Of a stretch of DNA of 64,000 bases, positions 28,002-40,278 are shown piece by piece. The notes below the pieces were generated by a model. That model made no database searches, was not told where the DNA came from, and saw only the letters and a list, made by a program, of their open reading frames with translations. Position numbers and translations under genes: made by a program. The number at the start of each line of letters is the position of its first letter. Positions within the stretch are counted from its first letter, which is position 1. Origin of the DNA: Chrysomallon squamiferum (taxonomy: Eukaryota > Animalia > Mollusca); the NCBI GenBank assembly GCA_012295275.1, contig CM022671.1, positions 17,112,001 through 17,176,000 of the forward strand. The letters run 5' to 3'.

Positions 28002-29985
28002 AATAATAATAATAGTATTACTCAAAGAATTCTGTAGATGCTGCTGTAAGCCAGTCATCCTCGCTTCCCTTGTTAAGTACACACTCTGACGTTGATGCTG
28101 TCACTCCGTAACCCATTGTCGTCGAGTTTCCCGTCTCGTTCAACGACGTCGTCACGTTGACGCACGTCATCACGCGGTCCTCGAACGTCGTGCACTTGTC
28201 TGTGTTCCACGTGTTGTTGCAGGTGACCCAGGGGACCTGGGCTCGGAACGAGGAGAAGAGGAAGTACACCGCCCAGGCGATGATGGTGTTGTAGTACCAG
28301 GAGACACACACGGCGATTACACAGATAGCCAGACCAATTCCTGAAATAAACAACAGGTATTTTTATTATTCCAAGTTCTGAAATTCCAAAAACCTCTGAA
28401 AATCTGATATCCAAGACTACTTCGAAATATACGAAATAAGAAAAGCTTCGAAATTCCGAAATAATTAAAGCTTCGAAATTCAGAAATAAAAAAAGCTTCG
28501 AAATTTCGAAATCCTAAATGCACTGAAATCAGAAAATGCATTACACAAGCTTTAAATTTGGCTCAAAATATTATATTTAAAAAAGCAGCCATGAAGAGTA
28601 TTTCTGTGTGAAACATAAATTGAAGTTTTATCTGTGTTCCAAGAATCAGAAGAATTCCGAAATCTGATTTTGACACATAATTAATCCATGTTTCTTCTTT
28701 CTTTTTTTCTTTTTTTTTATTATGACCGTATATTAAAATATTTATATTGAACGTTATTCTATGCCAAAGATGAAACACATACCTTCACCTTCATTATGAA
28801 ATACAGAAATATACTCCTGATAAACGATAATATAAAATACATAATTTATTTAACTATCAAAGTGTGGACTATTGTTCTGTATCATATTGACTCAGTCTGA
28901 TTGTTTAATTTCTATTATGGACAGAACTCTGAAACCGGCTCGTTAAAAACGTGGTCATTACGTGCTTTCCTGTTCATGGGACATTGCAGCTAAAAGATCC
29001 TTTAATCAGTAAGACAAGCCTTTGATTTAGATATATGGGGTGTCTTCTTTCATATCATATCATATCATAAAAGTAATATATGACTGATATCTAATCTTAA
29101 TACTTGTTGATAATGTAATTAATAATGGCCTTAAACAATACTGATTTCGCTGAAAAGATATTAACCTTTGAATCCTTTTGAAAGGTTAGAACCTCTGTTT
29201 CATTACAGAATTTGAACAGCATAACATGTATTTCAGGGGACATGGTTTTAGAGAATTTTCTTTTCGGTTCAGAAGTTGATGGTGATGTCCAAATATTTAA
29301 TCTCTTCACAGTCATTATAAAGACTGAACCGCTTTTTATAAACAATTGATATGGTTGGTGATAGTAGCTATAGCAATACAATTGGTAGTAGTAGTAGTTG
29401 TAGAAGTAACAGTTGTAGTTTTATTGTTCTTCGTAGTCTTATTCGTAGAGATAGTAACCGTAGTAGTAAGTAGTATTTATAGCTAGTATAAGCAACAGTA
29501 ACATTTAGTACTAATAGCAGTAGTAATAAATGTTTTAGTACTCGTAATAACTGGCAGTAGTAGTAGTGATCGTAGTAGTAATAGTAATAGTCCTTATGGT
29601 AGTAGTAGTAGTTTTTATTTATTAATACACTGATTATGTGTCATTCAAAGTCTGGGTTTTACAAATATGTATTTTAATTGGGGGCTAATTATTTTTACTT
29701 TCGACCATTTATTACATAGGACTAATTCTGCGATGGTCAATGACAAACCTTTTTTTCTTTTTTTTTTTTTATTTTTTTTTTTTTTTTTTTTTAAAAATGT
29801 TTCGTAAAAAAAAAAAAAAAAAAATAGGTTTGTCTTTGACCATCGCAGAATTAGTCCTATGTAATAAATGATGGAAAGTAATAAATTAAATAATAATAAT
29901 AAAAAAAATAATAATAATAAAAAATAATAAATTCTGTATCTGCTATAACTGAGGAAAATATTTTCATTACTAATAAATAATACAA

Positions 29986-30016
<31 letters not shown>

Positions 30017-30848
30017 ATATTTCCTGTTCATGTTGGTCTCTCACGATATGTTTATCAAAACGCGGTAAGAGCTTTCCTGTCTATGAGTAGGTTTATAGTA
30101 AAGAAAATCATGTTGCTAACTGATGAGCAGAGCTGCATCATTTTTTTCTGTCTCGTATAATCATCATACAAAAAACTGATGACTGTCATTTAGTATTCGC
30201 TAGCATTACAAAGTTTGAGAGATACCGCTGAACAATATTCATTAATTCAAAACATATCAGATTTCACATCATATTCTTTTCTTTTTCTTTTTTTTTTTTT
30301 TTCTTAAAGAAAATGCTAGTCTTAATGTTTTTACAATTTGAACAACTGCTGATAGTATTATGTCAGAAAAGTTTCATAATGTTTTAGTAAACAGTAACAA
30401 ATTTAGACAAAATCTACTTTTAAAATAGTTTTCTCGTTTCAGACTAAGATTTTCTTTTACACGTTGTTATGGTTACAGATAGTAGTCGATTTCTTTTTTT
30501 TTTTTTTTTTTGCCGAGTGCATCGTGCATAATTTCGGTGCGGATTTGGTGCACACTGACTTTGTTTGTCGTGCCTATTCAAGCGGAACAAATGCGGGCTT
30601 GTTATAATTATTCATGAAGATCGGAATACCGATTTAGATTCAAAGCAATGAATACGGGACAGTCGCGTGCCACGAAAGGTCACGTTTTATTGACGAGCAT
30701 TTTACCAGACCTGATACCAGATTCAGACCTACTACGTTGTACGAAATCTGCAAAATACAAAACACCGGCATGCCTGTGTGCACGTGTGTTTAAGTGTCTG
30801 TATGATAAAACCTTACATTTCTAGATTTAATCAATGATAATAATAATA

Positions 30849-30908
<60 letters not shown>

Positions 30909-30994
30909 GAAAACAACAAAAATATATATTTAGAAAGTTAAACCAAAAAGGAAAACCGAAACCTTGTTTGCTCGCTGCGAAAGAGACATTATTG

Positions 30995-31076
<82 letters not shown>

Positions 31077-31283
31077 GAGTATAGATGGACCTAAATGAAC
31101 CATACCACAGTAAACCTCTTAACATAATCGAAAAAAATAAAATAAAATAAAATAAAATGAACAGAAGGAAGAAAATAAAACAACAAATAAAGAAAAACAA
31201 GAAAGGTAATAATAATAATAAAAGAAATGGTGTCCGAAATAATTTTTGCATATCATTGTACATCTATCTATCTATCTATTAGG

Positions 31284-31315
<32 letters not shown>

Positions 31316-31456
31316 ATTTTCCTTTTGAACTGATTACATAAATCCATGCTCAGTATTATTTAATTATAACTATTTTAAAAGAAGTTTGAAGAATATTGCC
31401 GGTTAATGGGCTATGAATCATTAATTATTAATATATACCTTTATTCTTTCTTTGTT

Positions 31457-31489
<33 letters not shown>

Positions 31490-32648
31490 AATAATAATAA
31501 TAAGATAATAGTAGTAGTAGTAGTGATAGTAGTAATTCTAATAGTAGTAGTAGTTGCACAGCAACAAAAACAACAACAGCAGTAGGAGTAGAACACGAAT
31601 CTACAGTCCATGCGATGACGTCATAATTACTTTTCCAAATGGCGATGTTGCTGACCTTCAAGCAATATCCAGATAATGGTATTTTATTTAGTAGCAGAGT
31701 TTGGCCGCCAGACACAGATACTTGCAGTAAAATGGTAATTACAGACAACGTATTTAGTAAAACTATGATTTCGTTGTTCCAGGGTATGGATAAGCAAATG
31801 TATTTCAGCTGCATTTCCTTGTTCTACGGGTATTCTTTAAGTGCAGTGGAACCAGCGACATTCTTGTTGTTTTTTTCACAGATATCCATCCATTCCATCC
31901 CTAAGCAAATTGCCGGCGCATATTTTCTCTCGTATGCAATGTATGGTGCGTTAAACGGTGCTTCCTAGCCCGAGGAACGAGTTAGTTAATAAGTTCACAC
32001 CTCTCAAGCGACAAACATCAACAAAACATTTGTCAGAGCTTGTTATGAAAGTGTCGTAACCTGCGGCTGAAACTGGAATGTAGGAGGCTGTGCATAAAAC
32101 GAGTGTTATTACAGACAATGAACTTTATAGGTCATCAAATTAGTCAAATCAGAATAGCGACGCCCACATAAAAAAAATAAAATAAAATAAAGCCTTGAGC
32201 TTCGTTTGTTGGGGGGCTTAGACCTAGTTAACACTGAAAAGAAATGACACCTAAGCACATTGCCTTTTCCATGCTAATTGTTTTTGTGTTTTTTTTTTTT
32301 TCTGTAATCACAGAGACGAAATCTTTTTTTACGATTTTGATTCCATTAATAATGAAATTATTGCTTCAGAAATAGATATGGGCGTGAGTGATTAACTGAG
32401 AGAGAGAGAGGAGTGTGTAAAAAAACCAAAAAATATTTTCATAATTCTTGTGCTATTCTAACTCATAATTATTTAGGGATCTTTATAGTCAAAAATACAT
32501 GTGATTCTTAAAAAAATGAAGGTTTAGAATGCCAAATGAAATTTATAGTTTGTCTCTTTGTGTGAATTTTGTTTAATTTTGTTTCTTCCCCAGTCTATCT
32601 GAGGTATTTATACTATTCTGTATGTTAGCAAAACGTATACGTATAGTA

Positions 32649-32705
<57 letters not shown>

Positions 32706-33521
32706 TTCGCATAAACTTATACCTATTATTATTGGTAATTTATTGAATCTCAGAATTCAAATACAATTTTTCAAACATTTAAAACATGACATTGAAATAG
32801 CTTAATATTAATAACATAGTAATATATCCGTCCTAACATCACGTGGACTCGTAATTTAACACAGAGAAACTTGTTACCTTTGAAACAAGGATATATTCGT
32901 AATTTAACACAAACTTGTTACCTTTGAAACAAGGACATATTCGTAATTTAACACAGAGAAACTTGTTGCCTTTGAAACAAGGACATATTCGTAATTTAAC
33001 ACAGAGAAATTTGTTACCTTTGAAACAAGGACATATTCGTTTCCATATTGTAAGGCAGCCACATCGCTGGTATTGACCAAGAGCTAACTCCATGTAAAAC
33101 AAGGGAAGGCCGCCAAACACCAACATAATCAAATAGGGAACGAGGAAGGCACCTGAAACATTAACAGAAATTATATATTACATACATACATACATATATA
33201 TATATAAATACAACTTTGCAAATATAATGTCATTGTTTGGCACTGCAAATTTGAAATATTGTCGGTATGTTCCATGTAGTTTGTTTGTTACAGTTTTACT
33301 GCAGTCAGGCTACATGTAATTGGTTAGAAGCAAAAACATCTGAAGTGTTATAGAGGGAATAATATTAAAATTGAATTTTAATAGCAGAAACAACTACTAC
33401 TAATAATAAATAAACAAACAACCAATTATTATTATTATTATTATTATTATTTTATTATAATTATTATTATTATTACTAGTATTATCATTATTGCTATTAC
33501 TATCCTCATCCTCATCATCAG

Positions 33522-33573
<52 letters not shown>

Positions 33574-35441
33574 GCTGCTGTTGTTGTCGTAAGAACCACA
33601 AGAAGAACACCAAGAAAAGTAAGTTTTTCCGTAACCAAATTGTTACTATAAATATACTGAGTTACACTTTACAAATACTGAACATTTTGCGTACACATAA
33701 TCATTATTTAAGAAAACTAGCAGATAAAAAAATGATAAAGAACAAAAAGTATTTCTATACTCGTTCATTCAGTAAATTATATAACAATGAGAATCAGTTA
33801 CAACTAACTGTAATTATATTTTGTAAGGTCCAAATTCAGTTGGTAGAATTTATATTAACCGTTATATAAAACACTGCTTAATGAATATGAAGTATTACAA
33901 TTTACACTTCATCTGCAATGTATGTATGTATGTATGTGTGTATGTATGTATATAACTTTTATTCTGTGTGAAAACTGATGATTTATTAAATTTGTATAAA
34001 AAAAAAAATTATTTCCGATGTTTATAATTAGACACGTGTTATTATTACTAGACATATAGTTTTATTATTGTTGTTGTTTTTTCATCAGAAATGTTGAAGA
34101 ACTTGACTAAATGGAATGATATAAATGTAACCTCTTTCAACATTACGTAAGTTTAAATTAATCATGTTCCATTACTTAATATTTCCTTTTTCAAACTAGA
34201 CAGGATTTTATGGTTGATTATTTCTCCGAGTACAGAACACCAGTAATAGAAATGGAGGGGTGGGGGGGAGGAAAACGCAGGGGGAGGGCGTTAACCTGAA
34301 TTTTAGTTTTCAGTTTATATCCTGAATCTGTTCTAGCACAGAGTCTGAGACGTGAATTAGCTTTGCCTTTGTCAAGTTTCTATCAACTAAAATATCATAA
34401 CAAATACACAAACAAATAAATAAAAGTTTGCTGGAGAAACGTATTGCATCTTCCCAGTCCTTAGCAATCTAAACCTCAAAGATGTTAGCTTAACTCTCCA
34501 AAAACCCCTTTGTTTTCTTCACTGCAGAACATCTTTTTTTACGTTGTTTTATTTTTGTTTTAAAACTCGTATAAACTCCCTATTCGAGAGTCAGTAGGGA
34601 AATGATAGACATCTGAATACAAAGAGACATTTCTGATATCTGATTTGTGTTAAAAGTTTCGTATGGCTGTGACTCAGAACACGTTACAAATAACGCATCA
34701 CGTTTTAGGATAGGCAGAAAGATAATTTGCTAATTATGTAAAAGTATTGTGGGTCGTAACACTGAGAACCTGTCCCACCCAGAGAAAAACAGTCATGTGC
34801 TGAATCATCTCAGTTTTCTACGATGTTAGTTTTCTGTTTGTTTCAGAGCTGTCCAAAAGTGTATGGATGTATGTATGTGTGTTTGTGTTTGTGTGTGTGT
34901 TTGTGTTTGTGTGTGTGTTTGTGTTTTCTGGTGTGTTTTTTATAAACATGTGTGCATATGTATGTATGAATGTATGTATGTATGTATGTACGTACTTATG
35001 TATATATGTATGTATGTACGTGTGTATGTATGTACATATGTGCATATATGTATGTAGTTATGTATGTGTGTATATATATATATATGTACATATATGAATG
35101 TATGTATGCATGTGTGTATGTATGTATATATATATATATATACACATACATATACACACACAACCAATACAATAACACACAATAACACACATTAACACAA
35201 ACACGCACATACATATTTGCAATTACAAAGAGAGAGAGAGAGAGGATTTGTATTGTTGCATAATATTCTGGTTTTGTAATTACAAATATGTTTGTGTGTG
35301 TGTGTGTGTCTGTCTGTCTGTCTAAATAAATATATATATATATATACACACACAGACACACACGTACATATATATTCGCACACCCACATAAGTACATAAT
35401 TATACATGTGAATTAGTTGTATCTTTGTGCATTTGAATGTA

Positions 35442-35503
<62 letters not shown>

Positions 35504-38500
35504 ATATGTATGTATGTATGTATGTATATATGTATGTATGTATATATGTATGTATGTATGTATATATGAATCTATGTATGTACCTATGTATGTATGTATA
35601 TATTTTGTGTATGTTTTTATTTATGTTTAGTTATTTTGTATTTAGAAATACGGAAAATTACTCCATGTTAATAAAAACTTTAAGGAGGCAGTTGCAAAAT
35701 ACTGATGTAAAATGTGCCAGTGGAAAAAAATGTGACAGGCAAAGTGGGTTTACGAAATGCTGCAAGATGAAAACATTAAAGATCTATGCACGGAAGAAAA
35801 TAATATTTGGACAGGGAAAGACATTTACGTTATTTTTACACTCTCCACAGAGTCTGAACACTGGACCGGTCATTCGCTGCCGGACGTTGTTTATTTCAAC
35901 AACATGGAAACCGGAAGGGTGTTGCCAATGTATATAGCATGGCAAACGATGCTTGTTTTGACAAAATTTAATACGAAGAATCTGTTTCTGCTGCAGTGTT
36001 CGTGCGTTTGTGTGTGTCTGTGTGGTGGGTGTGATAATCATAATAATATAAAGTTATTACAGTTACCTTCTTGAATGGAAATGTAAAGAAGACCTGGAAA
36101 AATGATAATTAATGTGTATTCTGTGATATTTCTTCAGAGAGGAATGATTCAGCTTATGTTGCCTTTTGGAAATATTGTTTCCAAAGAGTTATAAAATAAT
36201 AATTCATTTTATTTTAATATCGGACTTCATGCATATCCATAATTGATATTACAGATATGAAAAATTGTTTATTTGCCTCGCTTTTGGCCTTCTTACCACT
36301 GAAGATAAAAATTCAGAAACTTTAATGAACTGATTCTTTTACTAAAATCTTCCGCCATTGAAAAAACTAAATAAATTTAGGTGATTGAGTATTTCGGATT
36401 GAATAATAGAAATATTACCTGAGGTACTATGTTGAGTTTATTTAATTTATACTGGAATATGATAGAATTATATGAATTAGACAGAAGCAATGTTATATTA
36501 ATTAATGATCTGTTAAAAAAATACAAAAACAGAAACAGCACAATAAAATATGTAGAGAACCAGCTTTGATGATTATAAGCATGTAATTATTACGATGATA
36601 TAAGAGTTAAAATTATTATTATTATTATTTACTTCATCTATTGTTTTAGGTGATGGTAAAATCTTAGAGACGACTTAGTACAATAAACTTTATTGTGTGA
36701 AATTCAGGTATTAATAAAACAAACCGTAGTAGTAACAGTGGTATTGGTAGTAGTGAAAGTACTAGTAGCAACAGTAATAGTAATACTATTATTAATAATA
36801 ATTGTAATAGTAGCAGTAGCACTAGTAAAATTATCAAATTAAAAAACAGATTATACATGCGCAAAAAAAGAAGTTTGTTTGTAAAAGTTATTCTTTTCGA
36901 AAATTTATCCTGCCTTGGTATTACTTTTATAACATCTGATAAAACCTAGGTTTATACTCTTGATATAAAATGTCACATTACTTATGGATAATTTTTAGAC
37001 TTCTCACTTTTAATTTTTAATTTCTATTTTTTGAGAAACAAAATTTGGAGATTCAATGTCCTGTATCATCAGAATGCTGTAGTATAAAGACAGTAGATAA
37101 ATTAGAATAATTATTTCCATTCATTAGCTTGACTGTCGTACAAAACTAACGTAAACCATTTACGCAAATAAGAAATAAAACTGGTGAGAAATCTCCGCCT
37201 TGACGTATGCCGTTTTGATGTAACAAAATAAACACAGTATTTGTTATTATTTGTTCAGTGTTTCTGCGTCCATTATCACGTATTCATATAGTACAAATAC
37301 AGATTAATTAATACAGTGATTCGTACTTATACTGTGAATTAATTCAGATACAAATTCTTTAGCAAATATTAATGTTGATATGTGTGTTATTAGGGAATAT
37401 GATAATGTTTTATTTGAACGGCGTTGTAATGTTACGTAAAATAGCTGACACCCAGAAATCGAGTCGATAGCTTTTGTGTTTGAACATTATTGCTTTATTT
37501 TGACACGTAAAAATACGGTGTGGACAGGTGCATTTGTTTTATAATTTGCAAAGACACTAAGACCGCTAGTTATTGTAATGTTACACAGAAGCTGCTTTCA
37601 GAACATATGTTTAGTAAATAAAATTTGTTTTTCATTATAACTAGTGGTTTTGTGAACTGCTGCTACTATGACGACAACAACAACAACTACTATTATAATT
37701 ATTATTATTATTATTATTATTATTAATCTTTGTAACTCTTATTAACTCTTAAAGGATAAAAAAAAAAAAAGAATTTTAGAAATAACGTACATATTAGTTT
37801 TCTTTTAAAATTTTACATCGTGTATATTATTTATTTGAATAATTTGACTAGTCTTGTCCATACTCTATTCTAGTCTGTAAAAAGTGTAAGTGTTCAAAGG
37901 ACTGTTGTCTTTCATTTTTATCTCTTATCTTTTCCTTCTTTCTTTATAGGTTTATTTGTATGTTTGTTTGCTTGTTTGTTTGTTTGTTTATTTATTTATT
38001 TATTTATTTATTTATTTGTTTATTTGTTTATTTATACCCTCCTCCTTATTACTGAAATCACTGCATGTTAAATATTAGACCCTCTCAGTTTGAGCTTCCA
38101 GTCGTGTTTTCTGAAATCCTGGAATCGGCCTTAATTTGTAATAATTTATTGTACAAACAAACAATATTTGCTGTCTACAATTATTAGAATATTCAGTTAT
38201 TTGTCACTTAAATTATTTTTCATTGCTTTAAGTGGGTATTGGCTATTCTTTGTCAGGTAATCAATAGCTGTATAAACATTAACAATCTTCAGACTTTTCT
38301 TTTCTTTATTCATAGACAAACATTAACTGTTGTTATAAGATGTGAAACTCAGCTTAATTTATTTAATTATATGAATTATCAACTGATAAAATATTTAAAA
38401 TATAATATATATTATTATTAAGAAAGCAAATGGAAATACTTAGATATGATTATTTATTTTAATTTATTCGTTAGAAAAACCAACTCCTTCACAACAAAGA

Positions 38501-39089
38501 ACGAAATGCTACTCTGACTTAAATATATCAGACGAAATTAGAATTAAATGTATTATTAACACACACACATATGTATATATATTTATAGAAAAAACATAGT
38601 AATTAAAGAATAATTAAAGCGGAACATTTTAATAGCTGCAGATCCTTTACAGTTATATTTCTTTAAAAAAATCTTTCATCATTATCAAACACATTTTGAA
38701 TCTAATTTCTCCAACGAATTCATTGAAAAATAATATTAATACGTTACCACATACATTTTAAATTTCCCTCTTTTTTTTTTTTTTTTTTTTTTTTAATAAG
38801 ATGGTTAAATATACTCATGTATGACACATACACTTTATAACTTACTTGGTTTTTTTTTTTTTATAAAATAAGAAAGTTTAAATATATGTTTTATGTACGA
38901 CTTACCACCACCATTTTTGTAACAAATGTACGGGAATCTCCAGACGTTTCCGAGGTCTACGGCGAATCCGATGACGCTTAGTAAAAAGTCCACTTTTTTA
39001 CCCCAGGACTCACGCTGTGGTTCTCCTTTTGCTTTCTCAATAATCGTCGTTTTCCCGTCAACAAGCGGCATCTCTTTTTCCGGCGTCAT
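18202..39089 (-). CDS. SLC6A4: Sodium-dependent serotonin transporter-like (SLC6 monoamine transporter), 13 coding exons, 607 aa
   Basis: Exons: 39089-38906, 33152-33018, 28340-28022, 26011-25873, 24951-24817, 24121-24018, 23463-23339, 22797-22685, 22329-22201, 21190-21091, 20708-20608, 19177-19010, 18273-18202. Total 1824 nt, all GT-AG, phases consistent. Motifs: [29 protein letters not shown] (TM1 Asp of monoamine transporters), [62 protein letters not shown], closest to invertebrate SERT as I recall it. Internal exon sizes 135/139/135/104/113/100/101/168 match human SLC6A4 from memory. Confidence 0.92.
19010..19177 (-). CDS. SLC6A4: SERT-like exon 12 (TM12)
   Basis: [56 protein letters not shown], 168 nt. 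Confidence 0.93.
19985..20270. repeat. About 28-bp minisatellite, about 10 units, in SERT intron 11
   Basis: Unit tatgttgattgtcattaatataaaaaa(a) with variable A-run. Confidence 0.92.
20608..20708 (-). CDS. SLC6A4: SERT-like exon 11 (TM11)
   Basis: [34 protein letters not shown], 101 nt. Confidence 0.93.
21091..21190 (-). CDS. SLC6A4: SERT-like exon 10 (TM10)
   Basis: [33 protein letters not shown], 100 nt. Confidence 0.93.
21985..22190. repeat. 65-70 bp tandem repeat x3 next to the SERT exon 9 donor
   Basis: cgaaataaaatgtaaagggaataacagagatgaaaggccaaacacgaaa...tcacgtcac at about 21987, 22052 and 22122. Confidence 0.9.
22201..22329 (-). CDS. SLC6A4: SERT-like exon 9 (TM9)
   Basis: [43 protein letters not shown], 129 nt. 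Confidence 0.93.
22685..22797 (-). CDS. SLC6A4: SERT-like exon 8 (EL4, TM8)
   Basis: [38 protein letters not shown], 113 nt. Confidence 0.94.
23339..23463 (-). CDS. SLC6A4: SERT-like exon 7 (TM7)
   Basis: [42 protein letters not shown], 125 nt, G|GTAAGT donor. Confidence 0.92.
24018..24121 (-). CDS. SLC6A4: SERT-like exon 6 (TM6)
   Basis: [34 protein letters not shown], 104 nt. Confidence 0.95.
24817..24951 (-). CDS. SLC6A4: SERT-like exon 5 (TM5)
   Basis: [45 protein letters not shown], 135 nt. Confidence 0.93.
24945..25415 (-). repeat. 30-bp minisatellite, about 16 units, made of the SERT exon 5 splice acceptor junction
   Basis: Sense unit gtaattatttatgtttcag|gctgttagatt; the last unit is the real acceptor tttatgtttcag|GCTGTTTGG. 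Confidence 0.95.
25873..26011 (-). CDS. SLC6A4: SERT-like exon 4 (TM4)
   Basis: [46 protein letters not shown], 139 nt. Confidence 0.93.
25981..26345 (-). repeat. Degenerate tandem copies (about 3 extra) of the SERT exon 4 acceptor junction
   Basis: Plus-strand agtactgcagctccagaacctcgcgtctgaaatt (real) versus agtactggatcttcaaaatctgtcgtctgaaatt (about 26178) and agtcccgcatctccaaacttcttgtctgaatctt (about 26277); gaaatttatta...tttaatgaaaatcac is repeated at 26014 and 26086. Confidence 0.7.
28022..28340 (-). CDS. SLC6A4: SERT-like exon 3 (TM3, extracellular loop 2)
   Basis: [32 protein letters not shown]...[14 protein letters not shown]...ASTEFFE, 319 nt. Confidence 0.93.
29695..29880. repeat. 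Foldback inverted repeat (MITE-like) in SERT intron 2
   Basis: 29706-29750 and 29826-29870 are reverse complements with 1 mismatch in 45 bp; the spacer is poly-T followed by poly-A. Confidence 0.9.
32848..33040 (-). repeat. 48-bp tandem repeat x4 made of the SERT exon 2 3' end plus its splice donor
   Basis: Unit acatattcgtaatttaacacagagaaacttgttacctttgaaacaagg; reads [16 protein letters not shown] in frame; one unit lacks 4 bp. Confidence 0.95.
33018..33152 (-). CDS. SLC6A4: SERT-like exon 2 (TM2)
   Basis: tttcag|[45 protein letters not shown]|gtaac, 135 nt. Confidence 0.93.
38906..39089 (-). CDS. SLC6A4: SERT-like coding exon 1 (N-terminus, TM1)
   Basis: MTPEKEMPL...[21 protein letters not shown], then G|GTAAG donor. 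The start ATG is inferred; the frame stays open upstream without another ATG. Confidence 0.9.
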
Positions 39090-39690
39090 CTTCAACGTCT
39101 GAGTCCACTCTCCAACGCTACTATCAACGCGCCAAAAAAACCCACACAATCTGCACGAAGACGGCACACGTAGCTTTTCCCGCGTTTTTACCAGCCTATC
39201 GTCTGACTCGAATACCGTGCTGGCCAAGAGAAGAGAAGAGAAGCTGCCGCAAGTCAATTTCGCAAACCATGAAAATGCATGTTGTATCTAATCGATTACA
39301 AAGGATATAATGAAATGGTTAATTAGAAACTGACCAATAAGCCCAGGATATACGGTGACGGTGGTGGTGGTGGGGGAAACAATAGCAATATTTTCTGGCG
39401 GATATGAAGTAACCATCTTTTATGCATACGGAGTTGGATACCGAGATTAGAAGAAACGTCAAAGCATATTCATGGGGTTGCCCGAGAGATGCCAAGATAT
39501 GTTTGAACGACTTTGTTTTTGTGTGTCATGACAAGTTAGTCAATCGGGAAAGCAATTTCTGCCGTGACCAGTTGGGTCAGTCAATCTGTACATTGCGTAA
39601 CGAAACTGCGAGCAGACACAGCGGCTCGTTACAATTTAGAAATAAGAACATTAGAAACAGATCAGGTTTAACTGTTCTCAGAGTCATCGA

Positions 39691-39721
<31 letters not shown>

Positions 39722-40187
39722 TTATTTTTTATTTATTTATTTTATTTATTTATTTATTATTATTTTATTATTATTTTATTATTTTATTATTAAATATATT
39801 TTTTAAAAAACACACAAAGAAAGAAACCTTGAATTATTGTTTCTTCTATGAACCACTGACTATAAACAAAAATTCTGAAAATGTTACTTCTTCTCCTTCA
39901 AGAAAACATTATTAATACTGATACAACAGTAGAAGTAATGAGCCTTACTGCTACTACCACTACAATTACAATTTGTAGCAAGTGCTAATATTCCTCCCGA
40001 TTTCGTAAAATCTCTAAGCATATATTATGCCCTCATTAAAAGAGCAATATTTTAAGCAATAGTTTGACTATTTCTAGCTGAATATTGAAGGTCCAATTCG
40101 GATTTATGTTAACAGACTGTTGGTTACGCATATGCGTTTATATCGGATTTGATTATTATCAACAAATTTTTAAACATACCATTACAC

Positions 40188-40278
<91 letters not shown>

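Noticed and set aside
31639-31968. 109-aa plus-strand ORF nested in SERT intron 2
   Set aside because: No recognisable motif or supporting exons; length is attainable by chance
39090-39257. Longer SERT N-terminus suggested by the ORF track
   Set aside because: Begins at a non-ATG codon; first in-frame ATG is 39089. An upstream coding exon cannot be excluded.
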